64,000 nucleotides of DNA from a virus (lineage: Duplodnaviria; Heunggongvirae; Uroviricota; Caudoviricetes). Below are positions 26,812 to 37,399 of the stretch, in pieces. Position numbers and translations under genes: made by a program. The DNA lies in IMG/VR virus record IMGVR_UViG_2974578326_000001, positions 26,711 to 90,710 of that record. One strand, written 5' to 3'. The notes beneath the pieces were generated by a model. It saw only the letters and a program-made list of their open reading frames with translations, did not search any database and was not told where the DNA came from. How positions within the stretch are numbered: position 1 is the stretch's first letter; each line of letters begins with the position of its first letter.

Positions 26812-27951
26812 TTATAATTCAAAATCTAGTAATGTAGAAGTGTCAACTTTAGAATCAATTTGACCTACTAAATAAGAACTTACTTCAACTTCTTGTGGGG
26901 CAACTTGTACATTATCAGACACTAACCAAGAGTTAATCCATGGGATAGGGTTTGATTTAGATTCGAACAGGACTGGTAATCCAACAGCTCTCATTCGAAT
27001 GTTTGTGATATACTCTACATACGAAGATAAGATGTCATAATTCAAACCAATCATAGATCCTTTAGAGAATAAATACTTAGCCCATTCTTTTTCCTGATTA
27101 GCAGAGTCTAAGAACATCTTGATACACTCCTCTTGACATTCAGAGGCAATAGATGCCATATCCTCATCATCTTTACCTGATGCCAATATATTTAAAGTGT
27201 GTTGTGTTCCTGTTAAATGCAAAGCTTCGTCACGAGCAATTAATTTAATAATCTTAGCATTTCCTTCCATTAGTTCACGTTCTGCAAACGCAAAGGAACA
27301 TGCAAAACTGACATAGAATCGAATTGCTTCTAGAATATTAATGCTCATTAAGCAAAGATAAATTAATTTCTTATGTTCACGAAAAGATAAGGTTTTGACA
27401 ACACCCTCTTTATCTTTGTAATTACCATAACCATAAATACTTACTAAGTTGTTGTAATTGATTAGATTATCATAATACTTAGAAACACTAGTAGCTCTCT
27501 TTTTAATCTCTTCATTCTCGACAATATCATCAAACACAATAGATGGATCGTTTACAATATTACGAATAATATGTGTATAAGAACGAGAGTGGATTGTTTC
27601 AGAGAATGACCAAGTTTCAATCCATGTCTCTAACTCTGGAATTGATACAATAGGTAGTAATGCAACATTAGGAGATCTGCCTTGAACAGAGTCTAAAAGT
27701 GTTTGATACTTTAAGTTACTAATAAAGATATGTTTTTCATGCTCTGGAAGTTTCATGTAATCAATTCTATCTTGACTTACATCTACCTCTTCTGGTCGCC
27801 AAAAGAATGATAATTGCTTCTCTATTAACTTCTCAAAGATTGGGTATTTCTGTTGATCATACCGAGAAACGTTAACATTCTGACCTAAAAACATTGGTTC
27901 TTCAAGTTGGTTGTTTTTCACTTGTGAGAATGTTGTATATTTTTTAGACAT
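26812..27951 (-). CDS. nrdB: ribonucleotide reductase class Ia small subunit (beta)
   Basis: 379 aa; diiron ligand motifs incl. [20 protein letters not shown]. Confidence 0.9.
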   Translation of the reverse strand: MSKKYTTFSQVKNNQLEEPMFLGQNVNVSRYDQQKYPIFEKLIEKQLSFFWRPEEVDVSQDRIDYMKLPEHEKHIFISNLKYQTLLDSVQGRSPNVALLPIVSIPELETWIETWSFSETIHSRSYTHIIRNIVNDPSIVFDDIVENEEIKKRATSVSKYYDNLINYNNLVSIYGYGNYKDKEGVVKTLSFREHKKLIYLCLMSINILEAIRFYVSFACSFAFAERELMEGNAKIIKLIARDEALHLTGTQHTLNILASGKDDEDMASIASECQEECIKMFLDSANQEKEWAKYLFSKGSMIGLNYDILSSYVEYITNIRMRAVGLPVLFESKSNPIPWINSWLVSDNVQVAPQEVEVSSYLVGQIDSKVDTSTLLDFEL

Positions 27952-27957
27952 TATTAC

Positions 27958-27988
27958 CTCATAATAAAAGAGGGGAATAAACCCCTCT
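27958..27988 (-). terminator. strong hairpin between nrdA and nrdB (attenuator/terminator)
   Basis: AGAGGGG-AATAAA-CCCCTCT perfect 7-bp stem followed by U-rich tract on minus strand. Confidence 0.45.
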
Positions 27989-27993
27989 ATAAA

Positions 27994-30267
27994 TTAAATT
28001 TTACAAGCCCCACTTTCACAATCTGAATCTAAATCTTCCTGAGAATCTTCAGCTCCATCTCTTGTGTTTTGATAGTATAGAGTCTTGAGTCCAAACTTAT
28101 AAGCCATCAATAAATCTTTCAACAACTGATTCATTGGAACTTTATCATCTTGGAATCGTTTAGGATCATAATTAGTATTAGCTGAAATTGCTTGGTCAAC
28201 AAACTTCTGCATAATACCAACAAGTTGTAAATAGCCACTATTATTTGGGATACTCCATAATAATTCATAGTTATCTTTAAGTTTGTCAAACTCTGGAACA
28301 ACTTGTTTTAAGATTCCGTCTTTAGAAGTTTTAACACTAACAAAACCTCTAGGAGGCTCAATACCATTAGTGGCATTTGAAATCTGAGAAGATGTTTCTG
28401 ATGGCATCAACGCTGTTAATGTGGAGTTTCTTAATCCATTCTCAACAATATCTTTTCTTAAGGTTTCCCAGTCCATGTGAAGTTTTTCAGTCACAATGGA
28501 ATCAATATCTTTTTTATAAGTATCAATTGGAAGAATACCTTTTGAATAGGTTGTCTCGTTGAATAATTCACAAGCACCAAACTCTTTTGCTAATTTATTA
28601 GAAGCCTTCAATAAATAATACTGTATTGCTTCAAATGTTCGGTGAGTCAAGTTATTTGCACTACCATCAGAGTACTTAACTCCATTCTTAGCCAAATAAT
28701 ACGCAAAGTTAATAACACCTACACCTAAAGTTCTTCGTCTCTTAGAAGATAACTCAGCTGCAATGATTGGATAGTTTTGATAATCTAATAGAGAATCAAG
28801 ACCACGGACAATCAACTCAGACAAGTATTCTAATTCTTCGAGATTTTCGATTTTACCAAGATTGAAAGCAGACAAAGTACACAATGCAATCTCACCATCT
28901 TCATCTTTTAAATCTTTCATTGGCTTAGTTGGAAGTGCAATCTCTAAACATAAGTTTGACTGCTTAATAGGAGCTACTTCTGAATCAAATGGACTATGTG
29001 TATTACAGTGGTCAACATTCTGAATGTAGATACGGCCTGTTGAAGCCCTTTCTTGCATCAGGGTTGAGAATAAATCTACAGCTCTAACAACTTTCTTCCT
29101 AATACTATCATCATTTTCATATTGATGGTATAAGGCTTCGAATTGTTTCTGATTACTGAAGAATGATTCATAGAGTCCAGGTACATCAGAAGGACTGAAC
29201 AATGTGATATTACCATTTTGGATTAAACGATTATAAAGTGTTTTATTAATTTGAACACCATAATCTAAATGTCTAACCCTGTTCTCCTCTACACCTCTGT
29301 TATTTCGTAACACGAGTAAGCTTTCGGCTTCTAAATGCCAGAGAGGATAGAATAATGTAGCAGCACCACCACGTACTCCACCTTGTGAACAAGATTTTAC
29401 TGCTGTTTGGAAATGTTTGTAGAAAGGTATAACACCTGTATGGAAAGCTTCCCCTCCTCTGATACGACTTCCAAGAGCACGAATTGCTCCAGCATTAATA
29501 CCTATTCCAGCTCGCTGTGATACATATTTGATAATAGCATTAGATGCAGAGTTAATCTCATCTAAACTATCACCAGCTTCAATCAATACACAAGAGCTAA
29601 ACTGACGTGTTGGAGTCCTTACACCAGCCATGATAGGTGTTGGTAATGATAGTTTAAAAGTGGAAGTTGCATCATAGAAATCTCGAATAAGTTTCATTCT
29701 CTTTTCTCCACTATATTTGGAGAATAGACAAGCTGCAACTAGCATATACAAGAATTGAGCACTCTCATAAATATCACCACTAACACGATCCTGTACAAGA
29801 TATTTACCTTCCAACTGTTTAACAGCTGCGTAAGCAAAGTCTAAATCTCGGTCATGATCAATGAAATCATCCATCATGTTAATCTCATTCTCAGAGTAAT
29901 CCTCAAGAATGTGAGCATCATATTTACCCATTCCTACTAATTTTTTAATATGATCATAAAGTTTAGGTGGTTTATAGCCTCCATAAGCTTTCTTTCTCAG
30001 ATTAAAAATAGATAAACGAGCTGCAAGATATTGGTAATCAGGAGACTCTTCACTAATTAAATCTGCTGCACTCTTTATAAGTGTTTCATGGATATCTGAG
30101 GTCTTCATGTTTGGTGCAAACTGAATCTGTGCCCTTAATTCTACCTGAGACACAGATACATTATTTAAACCCTCTGAAGCCCATGTTACTACTTTGTGAA
30201 TCTTTTCCAGATCCAGAGGCTCTTGACTTCCATCACGTTTAGTAACTAACATTCCTTGTTGTTCCAT
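27994..30267 (-). CDS. nrdA: ribonucleotide reductase class Ia large subunit (alpha) with N-terminal ATP-cone
   Basis: 757 aa; ATP-cone VTKRDGSQEPLDLEKI, catalytic NLCLEIALPT, C-terminal CESGAC redox tail. Confidence 0.95.
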   Translation of the reverse strand: MEQQGMLVTKRDGSQEPLDLEKIHKVVTWASEGLNNVSVSQVELRAQIQFAPNMKTSDIHETLIKSAADLISEESPDYQYLAARLSIFNLRKKAYGGYKPPKLYDHIKKLVGMGKYDAHILEDYSENEINMMDDFIDHDRDLDFAYAAVKQLEGKYLVQDRVSGDIYESAQFLYMLVAACLFSKYSGEKRMKLIRDFYDATSTFKLSLPTPIMAGVRTPTRQFSSCVLIEAGDSLDEINSASNAIIKYVSQRAGIGINAGAIRALGSRIRGGEAFHTGVIPFYKHFQTAVKSCSQGGVRGGAATLFYPLWHLEAESLLVLRNNRGVEENRVRHLDYGVQINKTLYNRLIQNGNITLFSPSDVPGLYESFFSNQKQFEALYHQYENDDSIRKKVVRAVDLFSTLMQERASTGRIYIQNVDHCNTHSPFDSEVAPIKQSNLCLEIALPTKPMKDLKDEDGEIALCTLSAFNLGKIENLEELEYLSELIVRGLDSLLDYQNYPIIAAELSSKRRRTLGVGVINFAYYLAKNGVKYSDGSANNLTHRTFEAIQYYLLKASNKLAKEFGACELFNETTYSKGILPIDTYKKDIDSIVTEKLHMDWETLRKDIVENGLRNSTLTALMPSETSSQISNATNGIEPPRGFVSVKTSKDGILKQVVPEFDKLKDNYELLWSIPNNSGYLQLVGIMQKFVDQAISANTNYDPKRFQDDKVPMNQLLKDLLMAYKFGLKTLYYQNTRDGAEDSQEDLDSDCESGACKI

Positions 30268-30289
30268 TAATAATCTCCCTGATCAATTC

Positions 30290-30472
30290 TTATTTATCTA
30301 ATTTTTCAATCATCATGACTGCAGCTTTTGTAATGAATGCCTTTTTATGGCTTATTCCTTCTTCATCTTTTACATAGAACACAAATCCGCTACCCTCTTC
30401 CGCATAGAAACTCGCTTCAATTTCTATTGGATCTGCATTATTATAGAAACGTGTTATAACATATTTATTCAT
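30290..30472 (-). CDS. hypothetical protein
   Basis: 60-aa ORF. Confidence 0.3.
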   Translation of the reverse strand: MNKYVITRFYNNADPIEIEASFYAEEGSGFVFYVKDEEGISHKKAFITKAAVMMIEKLDK

Positions 30473-30474
30473 TT

Positions 30475-30915
30475 TTATTTAATCTCTTTAGTAATGTATA
30501 AGATTTCAGATGAACGAAAAACTGCAACGAAGTTCTTTTCGTCGTGCCTGTTATCTCCATTATAAAAATGAGTCCAAGTATCATCAGAGATAGATCTCTC
30601 TGCTTTTACTGACACTAGATCACCATTCTTTAAACCTACTTTGTATTTATATGTAATTGGCATATCTTCTCCTAATGGAATATTTATAATATCATTAATT
30701 GCGAAGTCCCTAGTTTTATTTTTATCTAAATCTAGAGCTGTTACAAAATACTGTTCACCTTTGTGATACTCTGTTTCACCTTTCCATATAGATCTTACCT
30801 CTATGTTTCTTAGTGAAGTAATACCTTTCCAGTTTTTATATAATATCTTTAATTTTTTATTAATGAAAGAGTTTAATATTTCTATTTTAACTCTATTATT
30901 CAAAGTGATACTCAT
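30475..30915 (-). CDS. hypothetical protein
   Basis: 146-aa ORF. Confidence 0.4.
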   Translation of the reverse strand: MSITLNNRVKIEILNSFINKKLKILYKNWKGITSLRNIEVRSIWKGETEYHKGEQYFVTALDLDKNKTRDFAINDIINIPLGEDMPITYKYKVGLKNGDLVSVKAERSISDDTWTHFYNGDNRHDEKNFVAVFRSSEILYITKEIK

Positions 30916-31457
30916 AATTCTAAATCCTTTGATAAGTGCTTTACAGCATAAGCTAATGAGGATTCAATTAAGATTTTTGAATTTTGACAACATGTTTCTA
31001 GATTAGAAAGTGTTTTACCCAGAGTAGTAATACTTGATAAATCATTACCTTCTAAGTGGACAATAAATACATACGTTATAGTGGGTACTAAATCTGTATT
31101 TATGACTAACTTTCCAATCAGTTCAGTGTTTCCATTGATCTGTAAAGATTTCATAAGATCTTCTGCTACTTCATAAGGATCTTTTTTGTCTTTTGTTTTT
31201 GAGTGGGAAGAAAGGATAGGGATATCTAATAGTGCATTCTTCCCCTCTTTTATTACAACAAAATTATTTTTTGGATTATCTTGTTGCATTACAGGTATGA
31301 TAGCCACTTGATCTTTTATTAATGCAATATCCTGATCTTTATCAGATGTTCTCACATTTACAAGTTCAATATTTTCTGTTTTTTCAATAACGCTGTATGA
31401 TATCATCTTTTCCTCAAAATGGAATGTCGTCATTAATCCATGCATTACCAAAAGCAT
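30912..31457 (-). CDS. hypothetical protein
   Basis: 181-aa ORF. Confidence 0.4.
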   Translation of the reverse strand: MLLVMHGLMTTFHFEEKMISYSVIEKTENIELVNVRTSDKDQDIALIKDQVAIIPVMQQDNPKNNFVVIKEGKNALLDIPILSSHSKTKDKKDPYEVAEDLMKSLQINGNTELIGKLVINTDLVPTITYVFIVHLEGNDLSSITTLGKTLSNLETCCQNSKILIESSLAYAVKHLSKDLEL

Positions 31458-31695
31458 CTTCTTGCTCTCGTAAATACATCTCTAATAAACGCTTGTTTTG
31501 TTCAGACTCCTGTTTATTTTTATATAAACGTTTCTGAACCTTAATAATGTGTTCAACTGCAGGAGTTACAGTGATTCTTGGAACTTGTCCGTCAAAGGAA
31601 AGCCCCTTAAAAGGGGCAATCAAGTAACAAAATATCGCTGCTTCGCTATTAGTTCTCAGTTGTACATCTTCACCGTTAGTCAGTTTGTAATTCAC
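31414..31695 (-). CDS. hypothetical protein ending in SSB-like tail NDDIPF
   Basis: 93 aa; C-terminus ...AWINDDIPF mimics the bacterial SSB C-terminal peptide. Confidence 0.35.
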   Translation of the reverse strand: MNYKLTNGEDVQLRTNSEAAIFCYLIAPFKGLSFDGQVPRITVTPAVEHIIKVQKRLYKNKQESEQNKRLLEMYLREQEDAFGNAWINDDIPF

Positions 31696-33535
31696 CTAAA
31701 AGATCTCCAACTGTACAATCAGTTAAATCAACAGGGATTTCCCAAGCTACGATTTCAAAGTGTCTTAACTCTGATTTGTAAACACCTACTGAGTTTTCAC
31801 CATTAACAGATAATAAGTAAATTCCGTTGTTAGTTAATCCCGCTGATACTCTTTCTGCTTCTTCTAACTGTCTAGCTATTTCAGCTTCAGCTTCTAATCG
31901 GATACGCTCTTCTTCAGCTTGTTGCCTTTCATACTCAGCTCTAGCCTCTTCAGCGAAGGTTTCAATATTACTCTCAGTAATTCCTACCACTACATCTGAT
32001 ACATAAGCGTAAGTATCAAATACATCTAATAGATGATATACACCACCTCCGTTTATAGAACTAACCTTCATAATAGTTCCAGAATTAGCTAATCTCCTCA
32101 TAGCATTAGTTAATCCTAAACGGATTTGTCTTTCATTTTGACCAAGCGTATGTGGATTAACAAAAACATTGCTACCCACAATTGGTACAGATAAGTCCAA
32201 TACTCCAGAGTCACACACATTTGTCACACTGACTCTGTTCAGATCATGCTCAACACCAGATGTGTGCCAACCTGTTGCTGGTAGTCTAGTAGATGAAATT
32301 CTATGGTTTCTAAGAGGTTTAATAACAATAAACTTATCTCCATTTACTTCATAAACAGAACCAATTCTTAATCCATAGGTATTAATTTGATCTTGTGTAA
32401 ATGTTCTTGGAGTTACAAAGGATTCGACATCATCTCTAGAAACGAAGATTCTATTTAGACTATGTACAGAATCACGTCGGTGGTTATAAACACAAAGAAT
32501 TAATCTTCCGTCTTCATGTACACTCATCACTAAACCAATATTTTGACAAAGTGGTCTTGCATCCATTTCAACAGATACATTTGGTTTTAATCGAACAAAT
32601 CGTCCAGTCCAGTTCTCGTTTGTAAGTGGTAAATCTTCAGGGTTCTCATTACCATTGATCTCATCAACAAGATCTTGCATATCAACAGATATACCCTCTG
32701 GTTCCTCACCATTCTTTACACGAATGATATTGTTACAGAATGTTTCCAGATTTGTTCCTGTCATTCCTGGAGCTGTATTAACTTCTAAGACCCAGCAATT
32801 ATCCATACGTGTAATAACATCAACAGCACCATAATCTAGTCCTAATGCATTTACGGACTGTACTGCTGCGACTTTGGCACTATCAATTACATCAGCGTTT
32901 TGGGTAGCATAAATCCAACCTGTGTGATAGTTTCGTACAACATTGCTGTACTCTTCCATTTCACGATATCCATCACGACGACGTTTTTGTTGTACATAGG
33001 TAACAACACCATTCATCACATGGATTCGGAATTCACGACGTTGTTCTGTCAACCCCTTCGTGTATAAGTTGGCATTAACCAAAGATGTACTTGTTTCAAC
33101 GGAAGATCCGATATCTGATAGTTGTGATAATAAATTTTCATTAGCACATACTACAATACCAGCACCAGAATGTCCTTGCAGTTGTGTTCGTGCATATACA
33201 ACTGAGCCATTATCCATCCATTGTTGTGCTTCCTCACGATCAGTTGTACTTTCAACAATTGGAATATTATTTTCACGAAGAATATTCATTGCTGTCCGTT
33301 TGTTTGAAGCGTTAGAAATAGCTTGTGGATGGTTTAATACTCTTGCACTACCAATTACACTTTCTGGTAAAGAAGAAGAACCATAGTTAACAATCAGATC
33401 TCCTCTGCGTCCTCGGAAAGTCGAACCAGTGGATCGTAATTTAATAATTCGTTGACCATCCATTCCGTTAATTTGTTCACGGATGAGGTTTACTGTATCT
33501 GATGGTGCATGAGAGAAAATTGCTAATCTTGACAT
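31676..33535 (-). CDS. ATP-grasp ligase (RimK/GshB-like) with ~350-aa C-terminal extension incl. Glu/Ala-rich coiled coil
   Basis: ATP-grasp signature DYGAVDVITRMDNCWVLEVNTAPGMTG; extension contains EEARAEYERQQAEEERIRLEAEAEIARQLEEAER. Confidence 0.65.
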   Translation of the reverse strand: MSRLAIFSHAPSDTVNLIREQINGMDGQRIIKLRSTGSTFRGRRGDLIVNYGSSSLPESVIGSARVLNHPQAISNASNKRTAMNILRENNIPIVESTTDREEAQQWMDNGSVVYARTQLQGHSGAGIVVCANENLLSQLSDIGSSVETSTSLVNANLYTKGLTEQRREFRIHVMNGVVTYVQQKRRRDGYREMEEYSNVVRNYHTGWIYATQNADVIDSAKVAAVQSVNALGLDYGAVDVITRMDNCWVLEVNTAPGMTGTNLETFCNNIIRVKNGEEPEGISVDMQDLVDEINGNENPEDLPLTNENWTGRFVRLKPNVSVEMDARPLCQNIGLVMSVHEDGRLILCVYNHRRDSVHSLNRIFVSRDDVESFVTPRTFTQDQINTYGLRIGSVYEVNGDKFIVIKPLRNHRISSTRLPATGWHTSGVEHDLNRVSVTNVCDSGVLDLSVPIVGSNVFVNPHTLGQNERQIRLGLTNAMRRLANSGTIMKVSSINGGGVYHLLDVFDTYAYVSDVVVGITESNIETFAEEARAEYERQQAEEERIRLEAEAEIARQLEEAERVSAGLTNNGIYLLSVNGENSVGVYKSELRHFEIVAWEIPVDLTDCTVGDLLGELQTD

Positions 33536-33536
33536 T

Positions 33537-33770
33537 TTATTTACCTTTAGTTTGAAGTTTTAGTTCGTTTTCTTTTCTTGTTAACCGCATTGTTAACTTG
33601 TTAATACTTTCCTCTAAATTTACATACCTATTCATTGCAGCTTTAAATTCAAGAGGTGTTTTTGCATTTATAATTTCTTTATATACATAGAACTGGGAGA
33701 ATAATCTCCCTTCTAATAAACGTCTTAAAGTATTAACATCTCGTTTCAACAGCTTTTTTTGAGAAACCAT
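33537..33770 (-). CDS. hypothetical coiled-coil protein
   Basis: 77-aa ORF. Confidence 0.35.
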   Translation of the reverse strand: MVSQKKLLKRDVNTLRRLLEGRLFSQFYVYKEIINAKTPLEFKAAMNRYVNLEESINKLTMRLTRKENELKLQTKGK

Positions 33771-33991
33771 TATGGTTTAATACCTTTCATATGACAATAT
33801 TCATTAAGCATCATATAGATACTGACAGGGAATGGAATTATTACATCCTCTCCTTTCTTTTCTTTGTACACCTTAACTTGGTAATCACGTACAGCTCTAA
33901 GAAGATCACTTCCATGATCTGTCATTGGCATCTTACGGACTACAACTGGCTTGTCAAGACGCAACACTTTTGCTTCTTTCATTTCTTCCAT
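33770..33991 (-). CDS. hypothetical protein
   Basis: 73-aa ORF. Confidence 0.35.
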   Translation of the reverse strand: MEEMKEAKVLRLDKPVVVRKMPMTDHGSDLLRAVRDYQVKVYKEKKGEDVIIPFPVSIYMMLNEYCHMKGIKP

Positions 33992-33992
33992 T

Positions 33993-35756
33993 TTAAACTA
34001 CTCCTTGACAATTTGGGCAAATTGGTTTCTGTCCCTGAAATGCTGTTAGTGGTGCTTCACTCCAAGGGATTCGATGGAAACAAGAACTACATTCGTTCAT
34101 CTTTTCCCAATTACTTTTAGAAACTTTGAAACCATTTCTAAGGGTTTTACGAAAAGCTGTGTCACCACCTGTTTGGCTTGACTTGAAGACTTTTTCACAT
34201 TCTTTACAGCATGAGGCATCTGTTGTTGACATTTCTGATGGATCGAATTCTTTTGCGCAAAATCGACATACTTCTTTTTCGACCACCTTACTATCAATAT
34301 GAGTACCCATCACTTCAGTGTAGCATTCTTCACAACAAAAAGCAACATCGTGAACAATAACAACATCTGGTATGTCTTCAAAATCAATTGGTGAACTACA
34401 GTTAGCACAAGTTTGCATATCACCCTTACGAATCCATTGCTGTTCTGTGAAGGTTTCACCCGTCACAGTAGTAAGCTCTTGTGTAGGAGTATCATCCATT
34501 GGATCACTAATGATTTCTTCAACAGTATCGTCAACATATTCCGGAATTTTTTTTATTTTTTTATTAAAATCAAAAAGAACCGCCGCTGTATCCATACGGA
34601 TTACATCATTAGGATTTTTTAAATCTTTAACCAATAAATGAACACAGTAATTCATGTAATATGCTGAAGTAATTTCTGCCGAGTATGATTTCTCTTTCTC
34701 GACTTCTTCTGGTCGAATACCGTGGCACTGAACTTCGATGTATTCTTCTCCATCATTAATCCAACCAATAAGCTGTGCTCTGTCAGAATTTCTTCCATAT
34801 GGTCGAATATCTAATGCTTCAAAGATAATACGATCACCTATCTTCTTATTTGGAAGAACTGATTTGATGATCCCATTAACACCGGAATGTGGGTCTTTTG
34901 AATCTACTTTGTTCGGAAAAGATTTTTTACTATAGTTGCCATAGTTATAAAGGTTGTCATCATCGTAATTACGGTTCCAGTACGAGTATTTGGGAAAGGT
35001 AGGAAGCGTATGCTTCTTTTCCTCCTTTAATGTCATGTTAGTGGCATCAAAGATATACTGAACACCTACTTCACATTCAAAGTGGCGTTTTACTGTTGGA
35101 GAATACTTCTTACGATTTAGAATCCACATCAACATTTCTTCTTCAGAAGCACCATACCATTCACCAGTGTTAGTTTCTGCTAAATGAAAAGGTCGTTCTT
35201 CATTTCGTAAAATGTTTAATGTTTTTTCATTATCATCAAACCAAACTAGAGTGAAGGCACCATCTAGTTTCTGAACTGTTTCATCAATTCCAATTTTTGC
35301 AATAGAATGACAGATGTTTTCACTATCAACCTCAAAGTCTTTACTATCAGGTAATAGTCCTTGATCAATTAAAGTACCATTATGTACCAATGTGATATGT
35401 CCATGTGTGAACGGATGGGCATTCTTAGCATTAATTGCACCTTGAGTTGCATAACGGTTATGGCCAACCATAATACTTGGTCTTACTGTTGATTTAGTAT
35501 AGGCTTTACCTGTTGAAATAGGTGTATACTCCTCTCTCTCACTTACTTCTTTGAATAGTGGAGATCTAGAGAACTGATCACCAGGAATTGCTTCCTTAGC
35601 CCATATTAAATCTAAATCTTTTCCATCTTTAAAGACAGAGTAAACTCCTGTTGAGTGCTCCCCTCGGAATGTATCACAGAATAGTAACTTCTGGAAAATT
35701 CCAACTTCATTAACAGTTAAGGTAGTTTTTGTTCCAGCTAGCACAATACCACACAT
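33993..35756 (-). CDS. class-II (Ntn) glutamine amidotransferase-like protein with C-terminal multi-zinc-ribbon region
   Basis: MCGIV nucleophile start (GlmS/PurF-like), HNRYATQG..NAHPF..LVHNGTL motifs; last ~170 aa carry >=5 CxxC pairs. Confidence 0.7.
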   Translation of the reverse strand: MCGIVLAGTKTTLTVNEVGIFQKLLFCDTFRGEHSTGVYSVFKDGKDLDLIWAKEAIPGDQFSRSPLFKEVSEREEYTPISTGKAYTKSTVRPSIMVGHNRYATQGAINAKNAHPFTHGHITLVHNGTLIDQGLLPDSKDFEVDSENICHSIAKIGIDETVQKLDGAFTLVWFDDNEKTLNILRNEERPFHLAETNTGEWYGASEEEMLMWILNRKKYSPTVKRHFECEVGVQYIFDATNMTLKEEKKHTLPTFPKYSYWNRNYDDDNLYNYGNYSKKSFPNKVDSKDPHSGVNGIIKSVLPNKKIGDRIIFEALDIRPYGRNSDRAQLIGWINDGEEYIEVQCHGIRPEEVEKEKSYSAEITSAYYMNYCVHLLVKDLKNPNDVIRMDTAAVLFDFNKKIKKIPEYVDDTVEEIISDPMDDTPTQELTTVTGETFTEQQWIRKGDMQTCANCSSPIDFEDIPDVVIVHDVAFCCEECYTEVMGTHIDSKVVEKEVCRFCAKEFDPSEMSTTDASCCKECEKVFKSSQTGGDTAFRKTLRNGFKVSKSNWEKMNECSSCFHRIPWSEAPLTAFQGQKPICPNCQGVV

Positions 35757-35824
35757 ATTTAATAATCCTTGTTTTACATTTAATTTTAAACACAATTTAA
35801 CCCCTATTTCTAGGGGTATCTACT

Positions 35825-37399
35825 TTAAAGAGTACGTCGCCAGTTTAGATATTCTTGTAGAACTTCTGGATCTCTGAAGAACCAACCAGGTTCAAACGTT
35901 GAATCTAATGAATTCATAATGGTCTGAATTTTATTTACCCAAGAGAATGTTGGTAATAAAGGTTTACTATCGGGTAATCGATATTCAGTTCTTGATGAAA
36001 TCGAATTTCTTGTGTGTTCCCAACCTGCTGTATGATAAGAACCTCTGGTCATATTATATGTTCTATCACCCTGAATTTGTGTCTCTTCTGGGATAAGAGT
36101 TGTGATAGTCCTACGTCGGATTTTACTACGAGATAGAATATCATTACATAGTTTATAACCAATACTTAGGTCTTTAGAGAAATCTGGGCACTTTTTAGGT
36201 AAGCCTTTTCTAATTACTTTCTCAATAGGTGTACTATTAAGCATTTCTAAAAACTCTTCATCGGTTCCTTCAAAATTCTTTGCAATTTCTTTTAATGACA
36301 AGAATCTATTTACTAATCGAATTAGTTTCCCTTTACGCCACTTAGCTTCAGAGATTCGAAACTCAATAGATCCAAATGAAGTCATTGGACAAAGATTCAT
36401 TGCTGTGTACTTGTTCCAGTTAACAACTACATGAGATAAAAAGTTTTCTTTATTCCAACTATCTGATAAAACATCAATATATTCCTGAGCGAACCCTAAA
36501 GCTACGCAGAAATTATTACGATATCGATGGAACCCAGAGCAACGGAACAGTGGTCGTTCATAGAATAAATAAGCAAGAATCATTTTCTTGACTTCTTCTT
36601 CTGTCATATCACGGACATCAACATGAACATGTGTTGAGCATCTCCATGTTTCATCTGGTGCATTATTGAAGAGAAATGAATCAATCTCAATTGCTGCATT
36701 ATATAAATCTCGACCTCCCCAAGGAGATGAGCACACATATTCTATACCACCGTTACGAAGTGAACCATCTTCTTTTGAAGACCAATATTGGAATCTTGGA
36801 TGAGATACTTCTCCTAGATTTTCTAGTTCAATCTCTACACCCGCTAAATTAGTACCTACAATCAAAGGATGACTTTCAATTGTTGGATAACTAGCTCTCA
36901 TTCCAAAAGTGCTAGCAACTGTTGGCATTGTTATAACCTCTGTGTTTCCTGAAATTGGTTGATTTGGGATTGTTCTACTTCTTCTTGGTATATTAAAACC
37001 AAAAAGACCACTTTGATAATTTCCTGATTGTGTTGGTTCAGGTTCTTCTATTTCTTGATCTTCAGGTGATCCATACAAATAATCATCATCAATAATCTCA
37101 TCTTGTGGTTCTTCCACTGGAACTTCAATATCGATGGAATCTTCGTCAGACTGAGTACGAATCTCTTCGACAGGTTGTGTTGTCATTCTTCCAACGAATT
37201 CATTCCAGTCTACTAGGCTTGGAGAAGCATAGATCATAGACGAGATATCATTATCAGTTGTTTGTTCATTATGAGTAACATTTCTTTGTCTAGAATCAAC
37301 TTCTCTTCGACTATAAAATGGTGTTGAACTTCTGACTGATCTTGTCTGTGTTGATGAGTTATTGTTAGACCACCTTAATCCTCTATAATTACCTGGCAT
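35825..37399 (-). CDS. glutamine-synthetase/GCS2-like amidoligase (COOH-NH2 ligase) with disordered acidic N-terminal region
   Basis: GVEIELE ... DGSL..GGIEYV ... CSTHVHVDV pattern of carboxylate-amine ligase (YbdK/Amidoligase_2-like). Confidence 0.45.
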   Translation of the reverse strand: MPGNYRGLRWSNNNSSTQTRSVRSSTPFYSRREVDSRQRNVTHNEQTTDNDISSMIYASPSLVDWNEFVGRMTTQPVEEIRTQSDEDSIDIEVPVEEPQDEIIDDDYLYGSPEDQEIEEPEPTQSGNYQSGLFGFNIPRRSRTIPNQPISGNTEVITMPTVASTFGMRASYPTIESHPLIVGTNLAGVEIELENLGEVSHPRFQYWSSKEDGSLRNGGIEYVCSSPWGGRDLYNAAIEIDSFLFNNAPDETWRCSTHVHVDVRDMTEEEVKKMILAYLFYERPLFRCSGFHRYRNNFCVALGFAQEYIDVLSDSWNKENFLSHVVVNWNKYTAMNLCPMTSFGSIEFRISEAKWRKGKLIRLVNRFLSLKEIAKNFEGTDEEFLEMLNSTPIEKVIRKGLPKKCPDFSKDLSIGYKLCNDILSRSKIRRRTITTLIPEETQIQGDRTYNMTRGSYHTAGWEHTRNSISSRTEYRLPDSKPLLPTFSWVNKIQTIMNSLDSTFEPGWFFRDPEVLQEYLNWRRTL

